A stretch of 7,842 bases of DNA, taken from IMG/VR virus record IMGVR_UViG_2541047931_000013; one strand, given 5' to 3'. Shown here piece after piece: positions 1-4,986 of this stretch. Position numbers and translations under genes: made by a program. The first letter of the stretch is position 1; every line of letters starts with the position of its first letter. The DNA comes from a virus (Duplodnaviria; Heunggongvirae; Uroviricota; Caudoviricetes). A model generated the notes under the pieces. The model had not been told where the DNA came from. It did not search any database and was given only the letters and a program-made list of their open reading frames with translations.

Positions 1-651
1 GTGAACAACATCTTGAGAAAATCGCCAATCGAACGGCTTTGTTCATCTGTATCGATTACCCCTCATGAAATGGCTGTGGCCTTGGCTGGCCTAAACCCAT
101 CTATGCGCATTAGCGATGTGCCTGAGGAAAATTTCGAATATGTCGATTTTGTCAGAACTCATCTTGCCAGAGCTATCAAGGTGTACAGAGGTGAAAAAAC
201 TAGTAAAGACGAGCCTTGCCATGCCCTTGATATTTTCTTAGCTTCTTACCCATTTATTGACACAAATACACCAGAAATAATTGTTCAGAAAATATCAGAA
301 GCGATTGATGATTTGCGTGGCACCAAGGGCTGGGAAGAAAAAGCCCGAAACCTTGGAGGACTCCAGTTAGTAAACTACATCAAAGAAACCAACCGCAGCG
401 GACGTGGGCAGCATAGAAAGCAGGATGAGGAAAACGGGACAATGAAAATGATGGGGTTGATAGTACATCTGCTGATAAAAAAATCAGGCTCATCTTCCTA
501 CATCCAAAATGGGAAACCTAATCGCACAGCTATATACCGTGACATAGAAACCTTAATCAAGGATGAAGGGATATCCCATAAAGGAATAGCAAAAGCCACA
601 TTCCTAGAAAAAATCTCACGGGCTTTATTAGCTGTCCACGATCTCGACTAA
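1..651 (+). CDS. hypothetical protein, low-GC cargo gene; 5' end probably lies outside the window
   Basis: ORF open from base 1 (GTG) to TAA at 649-651. Sample 60-nt lines hand-count at roughly 30-40% GC versus about 55-63% in the helicase gene. No family recognised by eye. The position upstream of alpA matches the variable cargo slot of integrative islands. Confidence 0.5.
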   Translation: MNNILRKSPIERLCSSVSITPHEMAVALAGLNPSMRISDVPEENFEYVDFVRTHLARAIKVYRGEKTSKDEPCHALDIFLASYPFIDTNTPEIIVQKISEAIDDLRGTKGWEEKARNLGGLQLVNYIKETNRSGRGQHRKQDEENGTMKMMGLIVHLLIKKSGSSSYIQNGKPNRTAIYRDIETLIKDEGISHKGIAKATFLEKISRALLAVHDLD

Positions 652-1123
652 TCACTTTTCACGCCCCTCCAAAGCAATGGCGGGGCATTACCTGTTTACC
701 CATCTCCACCAGCATAGATAATTCTATGCCTAGCCATTGCTATATCTGTTCGGCTTAGTTCATCTGTAATCACCCCATCTCTAAAAGATACGCCAGCTAT
801 CATTAGCCATTTTAAGCCATCATGAGCCATTATAAACCGACTCAACCAATTGAATAATAAAAGATAAAAGGAAATGTAAAAACATGATGAATGACGATGA
901 AAGATATAACTCTTTGATAAAACAATGATTTTTTTAAACTGGTAACTAATTGAAAATAAAGAAAATAATTATCCCACCTGCATTTGCAATCTTTCAGTGG
1001 ATCGGTATTTTTTCAATAGATTTATAATTTCTTTCAATAGATTCTAGTCTTAATAGAAATACTGTATGGGCAACCACTAAACTTTAAGTAACTTCATGAG
1101 CTATCAGAGAGGTTACTAGAGAT
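652..1123. promoter_or_regulatory. AT-rich non-coding control region upstream of the alpA-like gene
   Basis: About 470 bp with no convincing ORF. Four AGC(C/T)AT repeats at exact 10-bp phasing (795-800, 805-810, 815-820, 825-830). Perfect -10 hexamer TATAAT at 1023-1028, flanked by the 12-mer TTTCAATAGATT at 1011-1022 and 1032-1043. SD GAGAGG at 1107-1112 ahead of the ATG at 1124. Confidence 0.4.
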
Positions 1124-1342
1124 ATGACAGCACACAAGCCAGCATCATCAGCTATCCCAACAACTGGATACATCCGTCGCTTTCGCATGCCGGAATTGCT
1201 AGGTGTTTCACTGCCTACTATTGATAGATGGGTTAAAAATGGCACTCTTCCACGCCCAGTGAAGCTAACAGATAACGTGACTGCGTTTGATGCGGTGGAA
1301 ATTAATAACTGGCTGGCAGAACGCCGAAACACATCAGCCTGA
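1124..1342 (+). CDS. alpA: AlpA-family phage transcriptional regulator / excisionase-like (winged-helix) protein
   Basis: 72-aa product with the motif IRRFRMPELLGVSLPTIDRWVKNGTLPRPVKL...DAVEINNWLAER, typical of the AlpA/Vis family. SD AGAGGT lies 10 nt upstream. Size and position are typical for island regulators. Confidence 0.8.
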   Translation: MTAHKPASSAIPTTGYIRRFRMPELLGVSLPTIDRWVKNGTLPRPVKLTDNVTAFDAVEINNWLAERRNTSA

Positions 1343-1416
1343 TTAAATGACTACGGGGGATGACGTTCAACCCCACCAGCAAACAAAAGTAACTTAATTT
1401 AATAGCAGGTGTTTTT

Positions 1417-2115
1417 ATGAAACTGCGAAAAACGCCCGTACAGGGGCAGGGCTTCGTTCGGCCTGAAACCAGCATGAGCGATATTCTGGTTCGCCACAAA
1501 GCGGAGTCGCGCATTGATTCCCGCTTATTTGCTGAGCGTATTGGCATAAAGCACAAAAACCTTTATTCGCTCATTCAGAAGCACAAAACCGGATTGCGTG
1601 AACTGGGCATCCTTCCGTTTCAAACGGAGCGATTAAAAACCCGTCAAAACGGGGAGCGTGAACATAAGTTTGCCCTCCTGAATAGCGATCAGTTTGATTA
1701 CATGTGTCGCATTGTGCGCGGTCGTGATGATGAACGCATGAACCGCTTCAAGCTGGATGTTACGAAGGCATTCGCAAAACATCGCGCTACCGAGCCTGTA
1801 CGCCGTGAATATCTGCCAGGCTATCACGAAAGCCGTGACGGGCTTAAAGCACTGGGCGCAGAACGTCACCATTACATCAATCTGGCACGCGCAGAGAACC
1901 GTGTTACAGGTCTGGTAACTGGCGAACGAGGCACAGCCAGCGAGCAGCAGTTAGGCTTGCTGATTGTCATGCAGAAAATCGAACAGGCCGCATTTGAGGA
2001 GGCGATACAGAACGGCATGACACCTACCGAAGCAGTGCGGGAGGTTGCCCGACGCATGGAGACATTCGCCAGCCTGATGACATCTGAGCCGTATCTGGGG
2101 GTAAATCATGCTTAA
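1417..2115 (+). CDS. Rha-family phage regulatory protein (antirepressor-type)
   Basis: N-terminal IDSRLFAERIGIKHKNLYSLIQKH...EHKFALLNSDQFDYMCRIV...RFKLDVTKAFAKH fits the Rha (Phage_pRha) pattern. SD AGGTG lies 5 nt upstream of the ATG. The stop overlaps the next start (ATGCTTAA). Confidence 0.7.
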   Translation: MKLRKTPVQGQGFVRPETSMSDILVRHKAESRIDSRLFAERIGIKHKNLYSLIQKHKTGLRELGILPFQTERLKTRQNGEREHKFALLNSDQFDYMCRIVRGRDDERMNRFKLDVTKAFAKHRATEPVRREYLPGYHESRDGLKALGAERHHYINLARAENRVTGLVTGERGTASEQQLGLLIVMQKIEQAAFEEAIQNGMTPTEAVREVARRMETFASLMTSEPYLGVNHA

Positions 2116-2449
2116 GGATTTCGCCGCAATTATTCCGGTATCACCTGGCATTATTGGCGGACATGAAACAGCCATTGTCAGCGCCAGAGCGTTACATAAG
2201 GCGCTTGGTGTGAAGCGTGATTTCACTACATGGATTAAAGGGCGTATTGATCAGTACGGATTTAAAAATGGCGTGGATTTTGAGTTTGTAGAAAATTTGA
2301 CCTCCCCCAATCCGGTGAGCGCAAAATCTCGCCAACGTGTAGAGCACGACTACCTGAGTACCATCAACATGGCGAAAGAACTTGCGATGGTCGAGCGTAC
2401 CGAACAGGGCCGCGCTATTCGTCAGTACTTCATCAAATGCGAGGAGTAG
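2108..2449 (+). CDS. AntA/AntB-type antirepressor, N-terminal domain only (ends at an in-frame TAG)
   Basis: ARALHKALGVKRDFTTWIKGRIDQYGFKNGVDFEF ... MAKELAMVERTEQGRAIRQYFIKCEE matches the AntA domain. SD GGGGG lies 6 nt upstream. The frame continues into ORF 2468-2851 after a single TAG. Confidence 0.7.
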   Translation: MLKDFAAIIPVSPGIIGGHETAIVSARALHKALGVKRDFTTWIKGRIDQYGFKNGVDFEFVENLTSPNPVSAKSRQRVEHDYLSTINMAKELAMVERTEQGRAIRQYFIKCEE

Positions 2450-2467
2450 CTACACAAAGTAGCGCCA

Positions 2468-2851
2468 GTGCGTTCCGCAGCGTTACGCCGTGAACTGAAA
2501 GCCCGTATCACCGTTGCCAGCTACTTTAAGCCGATGTGTGCCGCGCTGGAGGCGTACCGCGCTGAACTGGGTAAAAACACGCTCCAGCACCACTACACCA
2601 CGGAAGCCAATATGCTGGCGCGTATCGTGCTGGGTGGCATGAATGCAAAACAGTGGGCGCAGGCGAACGGCATCACAGGCGAACCACGCGACCACATGAG
2701 CACGCTGCAGCTTGAGCACCTTTCTTACCTTGAGCAGAGCAATATCACGCTGATTGAGTTAGGCCAGGACTACCACCAGCGGAAAGCTGAATTAATTCGT
2801 CTTTCGCAACGCTGGTTAGCCCGCCGCATGGAGGTGAGCAGCCATGCGTAA
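2468..2851 (+). CDS. antirepressor C-terminal-domain protein; probably the C-terminal half of the AntA-like gene split by an amber codon
   Basis: Same reading frame as 2108-2449 (2468 minus 2108 = 360). EANMLARIVLGGMNAKQWAQANGI...RDHMSTLQLEHLSYLEQSNITLIELGQ resembles the C-terminal region shared by phage antirepressors. Own start is a GTG with no SD at proper spacing. Confidence 0.5.
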   Translation: MRSAALRRELKARITVASYFKPMCAALEAYRAELGKNTLQHHYTTEANMLARIVLGGMNAKQWAQANGITGEPRDHMSTLQLEHLSYLEQSNITLIELGQDYHQRKAELIRLSQRWLARRMEVSSHA

Positions 2852-3401
2852 ACCTGTCTTTTATGCCGGTCGCACTGAAATCTCTGTCATTAAATTCGAT
2901 GACATTCAGGTGCGCATAGTGAGTATCAACGGCGAGCCGTGGTTTGTTGGCGCTGATGTGTGTGCCGCGCTGGAAATCAGCAATGTTACTGATGCCGTTT
3001 CAGTTCTGGATAACGATGAGGTAATGACCCTAGCTTTAACCGAGGGTCATTCCGGTAAGCGTGGTGGTGCCAGAAGCTGGAATGTTGTCTCTGAATCAGG
3101 TTTCTACAAACTGATCGCCCGCAGCCGTAAAGCTTCCACACCAGGCACATTTGCGCACCGTTTCAGTAACTGGGTATTCCGCGAGGTGATTCCTTCAATC
3201 CGCAAAACGGGGGGTTATGGTGTTCCGTTTGCCATGCTGAATGATTTCAGTAAACGTCAGGCTGCATATCAACAGGAAGCCAGCAAACGCGGTTACAGGT
3301 TACAGCAATGCAAAGAGGCAAAAGATGCACTGGAACGAGAAGAGCGGGCGCTATGGCGTAAATATCAGCCTGATTTTCTGGAGGGTGAAAGCAATGTGTA
3401 A
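2844..3401 (+). CDS. Bro-N domain protein (phage antirepressor-like)
   Basis: VIKFDDIQVRIVSINGEPWFVGADVCAALEI...FYKLIARSRKASTPGTFAHRFSNWVFREVIPSIRKTGGY is the Bro-N signature. SD GGAGGTG lies 7 nt upstream. The ATG overlaps the previous stop. Confidence 0.75.
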   Translation: MRKPVFYAGRTEISVIKFDDIQVRIVSINGEPWFVGADVCAALEISNVTDAVSVLDNDEVMTLALTEGHSGKRGGARSWNVVSESGFYKLIARSRKASTPGTFAHRFSNWVFREVIPSIRKTGGYGVPFAMLNDFSKRQAAYQQEASKRGYRLQQCKEAKDALEREERALWRKYQPDFLEGESNV

Positions 3402-4431
3402 CGATCCGAACGTTACAGAAAGAAAAAGCGCCCCGTTGCTGGATAACAGGCAAAACAAAGGCGACCGGGATAGGTCGCCAGTGGGAACAAAGGAAATCAA
3501 ACGCATCGCCAACAATGCCAGATTTGCGGCTGGTGGGCAATGTGATCAGTGTGCTGGCTTGCTGGTGGGCTATTCCTGCTCTTTAGCATCGCCATACTGC
3601 GATGTTTTCCAGGTATGCGATTCCATTTTTGTGCGCCTGTACTCTTTTAAGAACTTCTCAAGGACAAACGCACATGGCGCAAATCTTTCCTGTTCTTGTT
3701 CGCTTACCGCATTTTTGCGTTGTTTTTTCCTGGATGAGGATAATTTCTTTAATGATTTGTCAGTCATCGTAGATACCTGTAACCCTGTGCGCCACAGTTC
3801 ACCGCACCACGGCGCTGGTGATGGTTACTCCTGCTCTTTGGCCTTCCGGCGCTGTTCATATTTTAATTTGCGTCCACAGGCATCTAAGACCCATGCGGAA
3901 AAATTAGCACTAGGATTAGTTAATTTTTCTTGTTCAACACTGGCATCAATCCCATCTATAAGCTCGTGCGGGAATCGAATATTTTTCTTTGCTGATTTGT
4001 TGTTTGTGTTTCCGCTAGACATTGGTACACCTCACTTAAATGGATTTGATGGGCGCACACAATACAGCAAAAAAAGTGAGAAGTTAAGTATTGACATGTG
4101 CGCACACATGATTTTAATCTGTGCGCACAGTTTGGGTTGCATTGCTCAAATTAAGCAACGCCCCGCAGTGCTCGCAACACATGCAGGGCGTCTAACCACC
4201 AACGATAGAAAGCGTATCGAGGTAGCTATGTTAAATCATACCACACACCCGCAAGGGCGGGACTCGCACAACCTGAATAAATACATCTGGCGTTTTATCG
4301 CCCTGAGCACCGCACAACCACGCGTAATACACATCGAGGCCGCCAGCGAACAGGAAGCCCGTCAGCAATCCCCGGCTGGCTGCGTGATGGTATTTACTGC
4401 CCGCATCCGTCAGGGGGAATACTATGCGTGA
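3394..4431 (+). CDS. alternative model: long + strand ORF (345 aa), possibly a shadow of - strand genes; mutually exclusive with the - strand small ORFs and with the 4228 start
   Basis: ATG at 3394 with SD GGAGGG 8 nt upstream, overlapping the Bro-N stop (ATGTGTAA). Frame open for 345 codons. The product is about 5% Cys and F/S/L-rich in its middle part, which looks like antisense translation of K/E/A-rich coding. Confidence 0.25.
   Translation: MCNDPNVTERKSAPLLDNRQNKGDRDRSPVGTKEIKRIANNARFAAGGQCDQCAGLLVGYSCSLASPYCDVFQVCDSIFVRLYSFKNFSRTNAHGANLSCSCSLTAFLRCFFLDEDNFFNDLSVIVDTCNPVRHSSPHHGAGDGYSCSLAFRRCSYFNLRPQASKTHAEKLALGLVNFSCSTLASIPSISSCGNRIFFFADLLFVFPLDIGTPHLNGFDGRTQYSKKSEKLSIDMCAHMILICAHSLGCIAQIKQRPAVLATHAGRLTTNDRKRIEVAMLNHTTHPQGRDSHNLNKYIWRFIALSTAQPRVIHIEAASEQEARQQSPAGCVMVFTARIRQGEYYA
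3445..3479 (-). terminator. putative Rho-independent terminator for - strand transcripts
   Basis: Perfect 7-bp GC-rich stem GGCGACC (3460-3466) / GGTCGCC (3473-3479) with 6-nt loop. On the - strand it is followed by UUUGUUUUG. No T-tract on the + strand side. Confidence 0.4.
3570..3767 (-). CDS. small basic protein (65 aa), paralog B of a tandemly duplicated pair; possible DNA-binding protein
   Basis: ATG at 3767-3765 with AGGT 7 nt upstream. C-terminal AKEQE shared with the 3825-4022 product. An interrupted inverted repeat CTGTG-CGC-CACAG (3785-3797) lies just upstream. Confidence 0.35.
   Translation of the reverse strand: MTDKSLKKLSSSRKKQRKNAVSEQEQERFAPCAFVLEKFLKEYRRTKMESHTWKTSQYGDAKEQE
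3825..4022 (-). CDS. small protein (65 aa), paralog A; putative ribbon-helix-helix-like repressor divergent from the replication operon
   Basis: ATG at 4022-4020 with GAGGTG SD 5 nt upstream. KNIRFPHELIDGID...NFSAWVLDACGRKL has a strand-helix-helix layout resembling CopG/Arc-type proteins. Candidate -10 TATTGT / -35 TTAACT on the - strand at 4059-4064 / 4082-4087. Confidence 0.4.
   Translation of the reverse strand: MSSGNTNNKSAKKNIRFPHELIDGIDASVEQEKLTNPSANFSAWVLDACGRKLKYEQRRKAKEQE
4053..4130. promoter_or_regulatory. back-to-back divergent sigma70-like promoters overlapped by palindromic operator-like sites
   Basis: + strand: -35 TTGACA (4091-4096), 16-bp spacer, -10 TTTAAT (4113-4118). Perfect palindromes TGTGCGCACA (4097-4106, in the spacer) and CTGTGCGCACAG (4119-4130, over the predicted start). 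Half-site GCGCACA at 4053-4059 overlaps the predicted - strand start. Confidence 0.5.
4228..4431 (+). CDS. small protein (67 aa), first gene of the replication operon; possibly Icd-like (unverified recollection)
   Basis: ATG at 4228 with SD GAGGT 4 nt upstream. Product MLNHTTHPQGRDSHNLNKYIWRFIALSTAQPRVIHIEAASEQEARQQ... has ordinary composition. Its stop overlaps the next start. About 100 nt downstream of the predicted + promoter. Confidence 0.45.
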   Translation: MLNHTTHPQGRDSHNLNKYIWRFIALSTAQPRVIHIEAASEQEARQQSPAGCVMVFTARIRQGEYYA

Positions 4432-4681
4432 TGAACGATTTATTCTTCTGGAGCAAAAATTCAGTGAAGCGCCAAAAAATGAAATTGATGCTCTTTTGCA
4501 TATCGCGAATATGCTAAAAGTAGCAACGTTCCTTATAGTTTCGAATCTGGAGCATGAAACGGCGTTAGATATACTGAACAGTGCTGTCGATTATTCTGAA
4601 TATATTGCCGAGGATAAATACAGGCAATTACCAGATTTGTTAGCCCATAAATATAAAGAAGAACCTCACACCGGGAAATAA
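4424..4681 (+). CDS. hypothetical protein (85 aa), low-GC
   Basis: ATG at 4424 with SD AGGGGG 6 nt upstream, overlapping the upstream stop. Sample lines hand-count at roughly 35-38% GC. No family recognised. Confidence 0.55.
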   Translation: MRDERFILLEQKFSEAPKNEIDALLHIANMLKVATFLIVSNLEHETALDILNSAVDYSEYIAEDKYRQLPDLLAHKYKEEPHTGK

Positions 4682-4683
4682 AC

Positions 4684-4986
4684 ATGAAGAAGATTAAATT
4701 TACTGGCTTAAATGCCAGCGGACAGACTCACCCGAAAATCAGGATCGGGGATATTTTCCGGGATAAATATGGTGACAGCGTGGTTATTAATTCCGTGTAT
4801 GAACGGCACATTACATACCGCCGCGCAGGGTACGACTATGACTGTGTGATGCCCGTTCATCAGTTCCGGCGTGATTTTTCACTGGTATGTGCAGCACCAC
4901 GCAGTAAGCCCACCAGTAAAGAGAAAGCACGGGCAAATATTCAGGTAATAAAGAACATGATTAACGCATTCAGGGGCAAGAAATGA
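4684..4986 (+). CDS. hypothetical protein (100 aa), low-GC; possibly DUF4222-like (unverified)
   Basis: ATG 2 nt after the upstream stop; weak SD GGGAA. Its stop overlaps the helicase start (ATGA). IGDIFRDKYGDSVVINSVYERHITYRRAGYDYDCVMPVHQFRRDF is vaguely familiar from small proteins next to island primase genes. Confidence 0.55.
   Translation: MKKIKFTGLNASGQTHPKIRIGDIFRDKYGDSVVINSVYERHITYRRAGYDYDCVMPVHQFRRDFSLVCAAPRSKPTSKEKARANIQVIKNMINAFRGKK

Larger units (their letters stand above)
3570..4079. repeat. tandem duplication of a 255-bp unit (3570-3824 and 3825-4079), diverged
   Basis: The core TCCTGCTCTTT is identical at 3574-3584 and 3829-3839 (offset exactly 255 = 85 codons). Flanking similarity extends to GGCTATTCCTGCTCTTTAGCA versus GGTTACTCCTGCTCTTTGGCC and to the 5' ends of the two - strand ORFs. 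Confidence 0.5.

Noticed and set aside
662-688. Hairpin GCCCC...GGGGC just after the stop of ORF 1-651, as a possible terminator
   Set aside because: Only a 5-bp stem with a roughly 14-nt loop and no downstream T-tract. Not convincing as an intrinsic terminator.
884-928. 14-codon mini-ORF (MMNDDERYNSLIKQ) in the AT-rich region upstream of alpA
   Set aside because: Too short, and its SD spacing is poor (about 13 nt). It could be a leader peptide but nothing in the sequence supports that over chance.
1084-2719. Track ORFs 1084-1332(-), 1302-1556(-), 1633-1872(-), 1872-2057(-), 1951-2226(-), 2483-2719(-)
   Set aside because: All lie antisense to, and fully overlap, the well-supported + strand genes (alpA, Rha, AntA, antirepressor C-domain). 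No SD or promoter context, and products are odd in composition. Treated as shadow ORFs.
3247-3540. 97-aa - strand ORF overlapping the 3' half of the Bro-N gene
   Set aside because: It overlaps the Bro-N coding region and runs through the predicted - strand terminator hairpin. It is not in frame with the tandem small ORFs and has no recognisable start context.
4096-4431. Longer version of the first operon gene starting at the ATG at 4096
   Set aside because: That ATG lies inside the predicted -35/palindrome region and has no SD at proper spacing. The ATG at 4228 with GAGGT upstream is the better start.
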